From Bryobacterales bacterium (GTDB taxonomy: Bacteria; Acidobacteriota; Terriglobia; Bryobacterales; Bryobacteraceae), in NCBI GenBank assembly GCA_963813465.1, contig CAWEZD010000017.1, positions 3,956 through 67,955 of the forward strand: a DNA stretch of 64,000 nt, read 5' to 3'. The position numbers and the translations under genes were made by a program. The notes under the pieces were generated by a model. It saw only the letters and a list, made by a program, of their open reading frames with translations. It made no database searches and had not been told where the DNA came from. Within the stretch, counting starts at the first letter, position 1. The number at the start of each line of letters is the position of its first letter. Of the stretch, positions 1 to 7,996 are shown piece after piece.

Positions 1-396
1 GGCGAACGGATGGATCCGTTCTCTGGCGAGGGCGAGGCGCATAACGAATTCCATAGCGGGATGGATATTTCCGCGGCGATGGGGACATCGGTGCATGCGG
101 CGGCGGACGGAATCGTGGAATATGCGGCCAACGTCGGCGACGGTTACGGGAAAATGGTGGTTATCGATCACGGCCACGGAATGCAGACCCGTTACGCGCA
201 CCTATCGCGCTTTGAAGTCATTCCGGGGCAAGAGATTCGCCGCGGCGAGATTCTGGGCTTCTCGGGAAATACCGGCCGGGTCACCTCGCCGCATCTGCAT
301 TATGAAGTGCGCCAGGGCGGGGTCCCGGTAAACCCGGACAAGTTTCTGAACCACTCGGCGATGCTGCAACAGATCCAGCCGGATCTTCCTTTCTAG
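1..396 (+). CDS. M23/LytM-family metallopeptidase, C-terminal part (gene starts upstream of the window)
   Basis: The frame is open from base 1. Motifs HSGMDI, VIDHGHG..TRYAHL and GNTGRVTSPHLHYEV are typical of peptidase M23. Confidence 0.85.
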   Translation, partial: GERMDPFSGEGEAHNEFHSGMDISAAMGTSVHAAADGIVEYAANVGDGYGKMVVIDHGHGMQTRYAHLSRFEVIPGQEIRRGEILGFSGNTGRVTSPHLHYEVRQGGVPVNPDKFLNHSAMLQQIQPDLPF

Positions 397-430
397 ATTC
401 GGCCTCTTAAACTTAGCTACCATCGAAAGC

Positions 431-1567
431 ATGAAGCGCACCCGGCGCTGGTTCCTGTCCGCCGCGCCAGCCGCCTGCTTGGCTGCCCTGACCGGCAAAG
501 CCAAGGCCGAGAAGACCAAGCCGGTGCCTTCGGCATATTTCCAGTACAAGGACCCTTCCACGGAGTTTCCCGTCCTGCGCTTGACCGATCCTGGATTTAC
601 CAGCCGGCTGCCGGCGCATTACGGGCGGGCCGTGTCGCGCAAGGGCGCATTCCTGTTGTACGCCTCCGATGTGACCGGCAGGATGGAAGCGTTCCGCATG
701 GAGTCAAAGAATGGCGTCTCCCGCCAACTGACTGAGCAGGAAGGTCTGGACCCGGCCTCCCTCACGCTCACCGCCGACGAGCGCGGTTTCTGCTGTGTGG
801 CCGGCGGGAAGCTGCTGATGGTGAACCTGGGGAACGGGAAGGTCAGGGAGGTGTACCGGATACCGGAGGGCTTCGAGGCGGGTTCGGGCATGAGTCTGGC
901 CGAGGACGGGTTGTACGCGGTACTCATGGAGAAAAGGCCGACGGAGAAAAAGGGCTCCACTTACCGGCTGCGGTTGATACGCATGGCCGATGGAACGGCA
1001 ACGACTTTGGCTGAATCAAGCGGGGCGGAGGCAGGCGAGGAGATGCGCGACCCCATTATTCGCCCGCGCCGGGCCTCGGCTCTGTATTCCAGGGAGGGCG
1101 GCTTGTGGCTGGCGAACTACGACGGGCAACAAAACTACCGCCTGCGCGTGGCCGAAGGAGAAACCGGACCGGCGAACTGGAGTCCGGACGGGCGTAGCGT
1201 CCTGTATCTGAATTATCCGGCCGACGGGCGCCGGCTCCACAATATCCGCGAGTTCATCCCGGATACGAACGAAGACTCGAACATAGCCGACACCACCCAA
1301 TTCGTGGCGTTCGAGCGGAACGGCGACGCCAGCGTTTTCATCGGCGCCAGCGGCAGCAAAGCTTCGCCGCACGTGCTGCTGCTGGTGCGGGCGGTGAAGC
1401 GCGAGCTCATCCTGTGCGAGCACAGGGCCAGCGATCCCCGCATGGTCTCGCCCATCTTTTCGCCCAACAGCCAGAACGTTTTCTTCGTCAGCGATCAGCA
1501 CGGCAAACCGGCGATTTATTCCATGGCCGTGGAGAAGTTCGTCTCCGCGACCGATAGTACTCAATGA
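431..1567 (+). CDS. Secreted beta-propeller protein (TolB/PD40-like) with Tat-type signal
   Basis: 378-aa ORF. The N-terminus MKRTRRWFLSAAPAACLAAL has an RRxFL twin-arginine pattern. Propeller-like segments recur (WSPDGRSVLY, FSPNSQNVFFVSD). Confidence 0.6.
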   Translation: MKRTRRWFLSAAPAACLAALTGKAKAEKTKPVPSAYFQYKDPSTEFPVLRLTDPGFTSRLPAHYGRAVSRKGAFLLYASDVTGRMEAFRMESKNGVSRQLTEQEGLDPASLTLTADERGFCCVAGGKLLMVNLGNGKVREVYRIPEGFEAGSGMSLAEDGLYAVLMEKRPTEKKGSTYRLRLIRMADGTATTLAESSGAEAGEEMRDPIIRPRRASALYSREGGLWLANYDGQQNYRLRVAEGETGPANWSPDGRSVLYLNYPADGRRLHNIREFIPDTNEDSNIADTTQFVAFERNGDASVFIGASGSKASPHVLLLVRAVKRELILCEHRASDPRMVSPIFSPNSQNVFFVSDQHGKPAIYSMAVEKFVSATDSTQ

Positions 1568-1597
1568 GCAGTAGTTTTTCCCAGGGAGGAGCGACTC

Positions 1598-1789
1598 ATG
1601 AGGTTTGTCATGGCCGGTCTGCTGCTGCTGCTGGCGGCGGCGCCGGCGGCCGAGCCCAAGAGCACAAAGTCGACGTGCAAAGACCGTTTACAGGGTCAGT
1701 ATCAGGGCTGCCTGAAGCGCACGACCACCAAGAAGGGCCGGTCTCAATGCAAGGTGGAGCGGAACACCGCCCAGAAAACGTGCCGGTAA
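1598..1789 (+). CDS. Small secreted Cys/Lys-rich protein, unknown function
   Basis: 63-aa ORF with GGAGG 8 nt upstream of the ATG, hydrophobic signal MRFVMAGLLLLLAAAPAA, and 4 Cys in the mature part. Confidence 0.45.
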   Translation: MRFVMAGLLLLLAAAPAAEPKSTKSTCKDRLQGQYQGCLKRTTTKKGRSQCKVERNTAQKTCR

Positions 1790-1790
1790 G

Positions 1791-2258
1791 TTACTTCGAC
1801 CGGTTGACGTTGAGCAGCGGGAGATCCTCCGGACCGCGAACTTCCTGACCCAGGATCAGCAGACGGCCAGCCGCGGTGTTGGCTTCCGCCGCGGTGGCGT
1901 TGAGCGCTATAAGCGCGTCGCGGAAACGGTCGATGGCGGAGTGGAACCGGTAGCTGGTGATGCGGGAGCTCCGGAGCACATCGAGGATCGCCTGGGTGAC
2001 AGGCCTGAGACTCTCCACCGTCAACTGCCTGCCCGCCACAGCCTTGGCCAGTTCATCCGCAAATTCGAAAACCGTCTGCCGCGAAGGCTGGGCATCCTTG
2101 TCCGCCAGCGCCAGGATGTCATCCGTGAGTTGCTGAGCGACGGCGTTGCGGGATGCGCCTGGATTCGACAGAGCCATTAAATCCGCATCCAGTTTGGCGG
2201 TGGACTGCGCGCACAAACCCGCGGTAACCAGCAGGAAGCAACACAATGCGCTCTTCAT
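1791..2258 (-). CDS. Secreted hypothetical protein, tandem paralog A
   Basis: Signal-like MKSALCCFLLVTAGLCAQS. Colinear with the next gene. The start was moved to the internal ATG at 2258, which is preceded by a GGAGAGG-type RBS. Confidence 0.6.
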   Translation of the reverse strand: MKSALCCFLLVTAGLCAQSTAKLDADLMALSNPGASRNAVAQQLTDDILALADKDAQPSRQTVFEFADELAKAVAGRQLTVESLRPVTQAILDVLRSSRITSYRFHSAIDRFRDALIALNATAAEANTAAGRLLILGQEVRGPEDLPLLNVNRSK

Positions 2259-2281
2259 GGCCGAATTGTACCTCTCCAAGG

Positions 2282-2731
2282 TTACTTAAACCCGATATCT
2301 TCCGGGCCGCGAACTTCCTGGCCCAGAATGAAAAGTCGATTGGCCGCGCTTTTGGCTTGCGCCGCGGTGGCGTCGAGGGCGATGAGCGAATCGCGGAAGC
2401 GGTCGATGGCGGAGTGGAACCGGTAGCTGGCCGCGCCCGAGCTTTGGAGCACCTCCAGGATCGCCGCGGTGACAGGCCTGGCCTTCTCCACCACAAATTG
2501 TTTGCCCGCCAAAGCCTTGGCGAGCTCATCCGCAAAATCGAGAACGGTCTGCCGGGAAGGTTGCGCGTCCTTCTCCGCCAGCGCCAGGATGTCATTTGCG
2601 ACTTGCCGAGCGACGGCGTTGCGCGGTGCGCCCGCATTGGCGAGGTCCATCAAATCCGAATTGAGTGTGCCGGTGGACTGCGCGCACAAACCGGCGGCAG
2701 CCAGCAGGAAGCAGCACAATTCGCTCTTCAT
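2282..2731 (-). CDS. Secreted hypothetical protein, tandem paralog B
   Basis: 149 aa, MKSELCCFLLAAAGLCAQS. It shares DILALA.KDAQPSRQTV, FADELAKA, SYRFHSAIDRFRD and ILGQEVRGPED with paralog A. Confidence 0.6.
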   Translation of the reverse strand: MKSELCCFLLAAAGLCAQSTGTLNSDLMDLANAGAPRNAVARQVANDILALAEKDAQPSRQTVLDFADELAKALAGKQFVVEKARPVTAAILEVLQSSGAASYRFHSAIDRFRDSLIALDATAAQAKSAANRLFILGQEVRGPEDIGFK

Positions 2732-2768
2732 GCCCGAATTGTACCTCTTTCGAGTATGCTAGAGAATC

Positions 2769-3239
2769 ATGGCTAGCCGCAGCGTCAACAAAGTGATTTT
2801 GATCGGGCATCTCGGCCGCGACGCCGAAACCGCCTACACCGCGTCGCAAACCGCGGTCACCAAGTTTTCGGTGGCCACCAACCGCCGCTGGAAGGATCAA
2901 CAGACCGGGGAGTGGAAAGAGGAGACCAACTGGACCAACGTGGTCCTGTGGCGCGGGGAGAACGTGGCGCCCTACCTCACCAAGGGAAAACAGGTATTCG
3001 TCGAAGGGCGCCTGCAAACGCGCAGTTACGACGATAAGGACGGCAAAAAGGTGTGGACCACCGAGGTTGTCGCCGAGGACGTGATTTTACTCGGCGGCCG
3101 CGGCGAGGGCGGAGCCGGTGGAGGCCCCGAGGAATATTCGCAGGAACAGCCCATGCGGAGCCAGCCCCGCTCGCGTCCCGCCGCTGCTCCGGCGGCGCCT
3201 CCGGCCGAGGGCATTACCGACGACGACGTGCCGTTCTAG
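2769..3239 (+). CDS. ssb: Single-stranded DNA-binding protein
   Basis: The OB-fold N-terminus VNKVILIGHLGRDAE..KFSVATNRRWKD..WTNVVLW, a Gly/Pro-rich linker and the acidic tail DDDVPF are diagnostic of SSB. Confidence 0.95.
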   Translation: MASRSVNKVILIGHLGRDAETAYTASQTAVTKFSVATNRRWKDQQTGEWKEETNWTNVVLWRGENVAPYLTKGKQVFVEGRLQTRSYDDKDGKKVWTTEVVAEDVILLGGRGEGGAGGGPEEYSQEQPMRSQPRSRPAAAPAAPPAEGITDDDVPF

Positions 3240-3969
3240 ACGGGTTTTTGGGAATGTGTCCATTTTGGTGATGGACTCCGGTCATTCTCCTGGTTTCTTG
3301 CCTTTTCCTGTTTCGGTGCGCTCTCGAAACGGGTTCCTGTTAGCGAGGTGAGCAAGGTTACCGCGCCAGCCCCCTTCACGGTCCTCAACGTTGTGCTCGA
3401 CTCAGGAACGCGCCTGGCGCGTCTTGTGGAGTCCGCGACGTGGCTCCCCGCCAGAGGCGCAACCCGATGGGCGGTCCGATATCGGCGTTATCGAGTCCAG
3501 TCCTCAACCCTCGCCAACAACCTGCGTGTTCTGGCGCGGCTATATCGCTGGGCGAGGGAGTGCGCGGGGTACGATCGAGACAACCGCCTGCCATGCCCTC
3601 GATACCGGCGCATTCGACGAGCACCTCGCCGTCATCGAAGATTTCCTGAAGTGGCCGCTGGACAGTGAGAACCGGGGTGGTCGCACCGTCGCTGGAGCAG
3701 TTGACCGCCGAGCGTGGCAGACTCTGAGGCGTACAAGGCTGGAACCCGCTGCCGTTGTGGCGGGCCAATCCGGGACCTCGGCTCGGCAGAGCCGGGAACC
3801 GCCTGCTTCACATGCATCACGGGCGAATCGACCCGTCCCAGGACTACGAGCGGTGTCCGGAGCGGCAGAGACCATAATATTCGGGAGGATGCAGGACGCG
3901 AGGGGCCAAGCAAGCTCCTCAATGATCAGTTAAACTAACTGCTGGAAGCGCAATCTAGCTTCGATAGGG

Positions 3970-4530
3970 ATGGGCAAACCGGCTACATTACTCGAAGGGC
4001 TCAGCGGTCACGCACTGTCACTCGGCGCTCAATCGATAGCGGTGGAGTACAAAGACCGCCGCGAATGGGTCTTCGCCAATATAGGCGGCACAAGCATCGG
4101 GATCGCTAACTACGCAAGCTCCAGCGCCGATGCGCAGGAGTTGCGCGGGGACCTCTCCGCCGCGGCCAAAAAGCCCGTTCGCACCGTTATCGGTGGACAG
4201 GTCTGCATTCTCAAAGTCCGCGTCTTCGACAGTTTTGGCGAGGAGGCCTTCGAGGTCACGATAGATCTGGCGCCGAAACTCGATCCGTCAATTGCACCGT
4301 CATTCACGGCCAAACAGGGCCAATATCTGGCCTTCATCTACAACTACACGAAGATTCACCGCCAGGCTCCGGCTGAGTCGGATTTAGAGCGCTACTTCCG
4401 GGTTTCCCCGCCGGCGATTCACGACATGATTAAAACCCTGGAGCGCAACGGCCTCATCGAAAGAACACCCGGGCAGGCGCGATCCATCCGCCTCCTGGTG
4501 CGACCGGAGCATCTGCCGAGATTGGAGTAG
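3970..4530 (+). CDS. Hypothetical protein with C-terminal winged-helix (LexA/MarR-like) DNA-binding domain
   Basis: 186 aa. The C-terminal QGQYLAFIYNY..SPPAIHDMIKTLERNGLIERTPGQARSIRL resembles a wHTH. I do not recognise the N-terminal domain. Confidence 0.55.
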   Translation: MGKPATLLEGLSGHALSLGAQSIAVEYKDRREWVFANIGGTSIGIANYASSSADAQELRGDLSAAAKKPVRTVIGGQVCILKVRVFDSFGEEAFEVTIDLAPKLDPSIAPSFTAKQGQYLAFIYNYTKIHRQAPAESDLERYFRVSPPAIHDMIKTLERNGLIERTPGQARSIRLLVRPEHLPRLE

Positions 4531-4700
4531 ATCGAGGACCGCTATGAATGCACCAAACAGCGGTGACCAGGAGGAAGCGCAACGGGGCGGCAATCGAGGA
4601 AGGACAACTTCAAGTGTGAGATCCGCGGACTGGCCGAAGAAATTGACCCGAAATTAGCCTGCACGTCAAAATCCGCGTAAAACCGTTCCAGACGGGACTC

Positions 4701-4950
4701 CTATTCCAAGGTAGGCAGATCCTCCTGAGGGATCAGCAGACGGATCGATCTGGCGTTCCCCCGGAACCCGTTTGATGAAGCCATTGGCCTCCAACGTGAG
4801 CACCATTTGGTGCACCGATGGCGGCGTGACGAAGGTGGGAATCTTTGTCACTGCCGCCCAATTGTACACGAACGCCGCACCGTGGATGGAGTGTGAAAAC
4901 ACCGCACGCAGAGACGGATCTTGAAGCGCTTTACCGTAAGCGGGCTTCAC
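4701..4950 (-). pseudogene. Domain-only, frame-broken copy of the winged-helix domain of the 3970-4530 gene
   Basis: DPS..AAFVYNW..TPPSVHQMVLTLEANGFIKRVPGE, then in another frame ARSIRLLIPQEDLPTLE and a stop. This parallels ARSIRLLVRPEHLPRLE and the stop of the + strand gene. Confidence 0.4.
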
Positions 4951-5003
4951 GCCACTGGCGGGATCGCTTGTTCCGGCTGGCCGAGCCGCCGGCTCCGTTC
5001 GTC

Positions 5004-5588
5004 ATGAACCCGGCCGAGCCGAAGGATTTTCCTCTGGGCCGCTGGAATCTGTACATCGGCGGAGCCGGCCGGGTTGTCGAAGGCTACGTCAACCTGGATC
5101 TGTTTGCAATGCCCGGAGTGAATGTCGCGGCCGACGCGGAACACCTGCCTTTCCCGCCCGACACGTTTCAGCGGGTGGAGTGCGATGCGGTGCTCGAACA
5201 CGTTCGCGATCCTGTTCGTGTGATGTGCGAAATGCGTCGCGTCCTGGCGCCGGGCGGCTACCTTCATCTGGTTGTGCCGTTCTGCCATCCTTTTCACGAG
5301 TACCCACGCGACTATCGAAGGTTCACTCTGGATGGCCTGAAGGAGCTGGCCGGCCCTATGGAAGTTGTCGCCGAAGGATGGCGCACGGGTCCGACGGCGA
5401 CGCTGCTGGTTTTTGTCATCGAATACGTGAAGCTGCTGCTTCCGTATCGAGCATGGAGGGCGGTGTCTCACGTGGTCTGCGGCTGGCTGCTCTTTCCGCT
5501 GCGATACATGGACTTGTTGCTCTTTCGATCGGCGCAAGCCCGGCGCATCGGCAATCATTGCTATCTGTGGCTGCGAAAGCCAGGGTAA
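5004..5588 (+). CDS. Class I SAM-dependent methyltransferase (Methyltransf_11-like)
   Basis: NLYIGGAGRVVEGYVNLD, AEHLPFPPDTFQRVECDAVLEHV, LAPGGYLHLVVP. The start is set at the ATG at 5004. The longer ORF from 4845 overlaps the opposite-strand fragment. Confidence 0.8.
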   Translation: MNPAEPKDFPLGRWNLYIGGAGRVVEGYVNLDLFAMPGVNVAADAEHLPFPPDTFQRVECDAVLEHVRDPVRVMCEMRRVLAPGGYLHLVVPFCHPFHEYPRDYRRFTLDGLKELAGPMEVVAEGWRTGPTATLLVFVIEYVKLLLPYRAWRAVSHVVCGWLLFPLRYMDLLLFRSAQARRIGNHCYLWLRKPG

Positions 5589-5594
5589 GCGCGG

Positions 5595-6557
5595 CTACTT
5601 GTAAAACACGGCGTAAGGAACCAAGCGTTGCTGGCTTCCGAGACGGTCCGGCGAGCACAATGCGCAGGAGGCTTTGTAAGACGGGTTGGTTCCAAAAATA
5701 ACCTGAGGAAGGACCACGTTGTCATCGGAGCGGTGATAGGAGTCCAGCATTAACACTGGCTGCCATCGGCGCAGTGCATTGGACGCTCCTTTCAAGGCTT
5801 CCCGCTCGGCTCCTTCGATGTCCATCTTGATGTAGTTCACTTTCTGCAATCCGAGTTCTTCGAACATTTCATCCAAGGGGCGCACCGGAACCATTGTCTT
5901 TCGCGCTCCCGCCTCGTGCAGGACGAAGCTGCCTGTGCCGGAATTCGCAACACCTTCGGTGAATTCAAGAGTCGATCGGGAACTCCAAGCGCCCTCCGGG
6001 ACCACGACGATCTTTCCTTCGGCGATCTCTCGCGGGAAGTTTCGCCGGATGCACTCCACGTTGACGGGGTCCGGCTCGACCAAGATGCATTTAGAGGCGC
6101 CTCGGCGCAAGGCATCGTCATCGAAAGTTCCGATGTGGGCGCCAACATCTACGACAAGATCGCCGGGCTTTACGGTATCCTTGGGAGCCGCCTCGCTGAT
6201 CCACATTTGTTCCGCCAACACATATGCGAGAAGCGCTTTCCCGTTCAAGTCTTCGCCATTCTTCTTGATCCAGAAGGATCGTCCGGAGGTGCGGATGAGT
6301 TGAATGCCCAGTTGGGGATCCTCGCGTTCCACCGACAGAGTGCCTTCGACTTCCTGTTGTAACTGAGCGAATCTCGCCACGGCCCACGGATACCGTGCCA
6401 GTTGCGGCCACGGACAAGGCTGATTCCCTCCAGCGGCTTTGCTCACCATCGCGACCGCCAATTGCCGTTGAAAAATTGCTGCGTAAAGGGTTAAACCCAC
6501 GATGCAAGCTGCAGCCATCTTCAGAATCCGCATCGCTTTGGTATTCCCCATATCCAT
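5595..6557 (-). CDS. FkbM-family methyltransferase with N-terminal membrane anchor
   Basis: VVDVGAHIGTF, ILVEPDPVNVECIRRNF and IKMDIEGAEREAL are FkbM-type motifs. Confidence 0.85.
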   Translation of the reverse strand: MDMGNTKAMRILKMAAACIVGLTLYAAIFQRQLAVAMVSKAAGGNQPCPWPQLARYPWAVARFAQLQQEVEGTLSVEREDPQLGIQLIRTSGRSFWIKKNGEDLNGKALLAYVLAEQMWISEAAPKDTVKPGDLVVDVGAHIGTFDDDALRRGASKCILVEPDPVNVECIRRNFPREIAEGKIVVVPEGAWSSRSTLEFTEGVANSGTGSFVLHEAGARKTMVPVRPLDEMFEELGLQKVNYIKMDIEGAEREALKGASNALRRWQPVLMLDSYHRSDDNVVLPQVIFGTNPSYKASCALCSPDRLGSQQRLVPYAVFYK

Positions 6558-6588
6558 ACTTTCGGTTGACTTCCCGAAAGACTGTAAT

Positions 6589-6637
6589 GCCTATCTGAAG
6601 TCGCCTATCTGAAGTCATGCGACGCGGCCGGCGCCAA
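6589..6637. repeat. Direct repeat copy A (35 bp at 6603-6637, preceded by an extra tandem 14-mer GCCTATCTGAAGTC at 6589-6602)
   Basis: GCCTATCTGAAGTCATGCGACGCGGCCGGCGCCAA is identical to 7962-7996. Confidence 0.9.
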
Positions 6638-6733
6638 TCGATCACGGATTGCAGCAAGCCTGACGCCTCATTCGGTTGGCGGCCTTGCGCGGGGCGGGCC
6701 TGCAGCGAACAGCCACATGACGTGGGACTCGGA

Positions 6734-7879
6734 ATGCGTCACAATCCATATGTGGCCCATCATCGGACAATTCTGCTGCTCGCCTGTGCGCCGGTGTTTG
6801 CACAGCAGTATACTATCGCGACAATTGCCGGAAACGGCGTTGCAGGCGGGTATTTCAGTAATCCGACGAGCGTTGCCGTGGACCCGGCAGGCGATGTTTA
6901 CGTCGCGGACTGGAGCGGCTACATCCGCAAAATCTGGGTGAGAGAAGGCGCCGTTACCATATTCGCTGGTACGGGAATCCTGGGATACAGCGGCGATGGA
7001 GGCCAGGCAACCAACGCGATGATTGGAAAAGCCATCAGCATAGCGCTCGACCGCGATGGCAACATCTACTTTGCCGACGGTGATAACAATCGCATTCGGC
7101 GAGTGGACATATCGACCAGAATTATTACCACGGTGGCCGGCACGGGCGCAGGGGCGGATAGCGGCGACGGAGGACCGGCCGTCAACGCCGGAGTTTCGCG
7201 GCCCACGGGGATCACGGTAGATGCTGCCGGCGATCTTTATTTTTCCAGTTCCTGGTCCCGGGTTCGAAAAGTCATTGCCGGCACGGGGATCATCGAGACG
7301 GTTGCGGGTCAGTTTGTCACCAGTTTCGGTGGCGACAACGGACCGGCCGTCGATGCTCTATTCTGGGATCCCATTCCCTCAGCGGTCGACCGGAGCGGGA
7401 ACCTCTACATTGCCGACTACGAGAACTCCCGCGTGCGGATGGTGACGGCGGCCATGGGTATTGTGACTACCGTCGCGGGGTCGGGCGGCTGCGCGATGGA
7501 AGCGCCTCCCTTTAACGTATTGGTTTGCCAAAGCGGATTCAGCGGCGATGGCGGACCAGCCAGGGATGCGACCCTGAATTATGCCGAGTCAGTGGCATTG
7601 GACCTCAACGGGAATCTTTACATCGCGGATACGATCAATCACCGGATACGGCGGGTTGACGCGTCAACGGGCCTGATCTATACGATCGCAGGAAACGGGG
7701 TAAACGGATTCAGCGGCGATGGTGGCCCAGCGTTGACCGCGGAAATCAGCTTCCCGGTGAGTGTCGCGGTCGATCGATCCGAGCGGGTCTACTTCGCCGA
7801 CGAGAACAACAATCGAATTCGAGTCCTGACTCCCGTAACGCCGCAATTTCATCCGCTCAGGCAGGGTCCGCGACGCTGA
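6734..7879 (+). CDS. Secreted NHL-repeat beta-propeller protein
   Basis: Six or more repeats of the type P.G.AVD..GN.Y.AD..N.RIR.V plus GF.GDGGPA. Signal-like ILLLACAPVFAQQ follows the ATG at 6734. Confidence 0.85.
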   Translation: MRHNPYVAHHRTILLLACAPVFAQQYTIATIAGNGVAGGYFSNPTSVAVDPAGDVYVADWSGYIRKIWVREGAVTIFAGTGILGYSGDGGQATNAMIGKAISIALDRDGNIYFADGDNNRIRRVDISTRIITTVAGTGAGADSGDGGPAVNAGVSRPTGITVDAAGDLYFSSSWSRVRKVIAGTGIIETVAGQFVTSFGGDNGPAVDALFWDPIPSAVDRSGNLYIADYENSRVRMVTAAMGIVTTVAGSGGCAMEAPPFNVLVCQSGFSGDGGPARDATLNYAESVALDLNGNLYIADTINHRIRRVDASTGLIYTIAGNGVNGFSGDGGPALTAEISFPVSVAVDRSERVYFADENNNRIRVLTPVTPQFHPLRQGPRR

Positions 7880-7961
7880 ATTCTTCCGCGATATTCGCAG
7901 GTCTAGTGATGCGGCTTGGTTGCAGCCACCCGGACCAAAAGCCGGCAGGTCCTTCCTGCAA

Positions 7962-7996
7962 GCCTATCTGAAGTCATGCGACGCGGCCGGCGCCAA
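7962..7996. repeat. Direct repeat copy B, covering the last 10 codons, the stop and 2 nt downstream of dnaE2
   Basis: 35/35 identity to 6603-6637. On the minus strand it encodes LAPAASHDFR-stop. Confidence 0.9.

Noticed and set aside
3348-3933. Possible N-terminal remnant of a tyrosine recombinase (for example ..NNLRVLARLYRWARE.. and ..FDEHLAVIEDFLKW.. in two frames)
   Set aside because: The resemblance is vague and no catalytic-domain residues (R..HxxR..Y) are present. I cannot support it without a database alignment.
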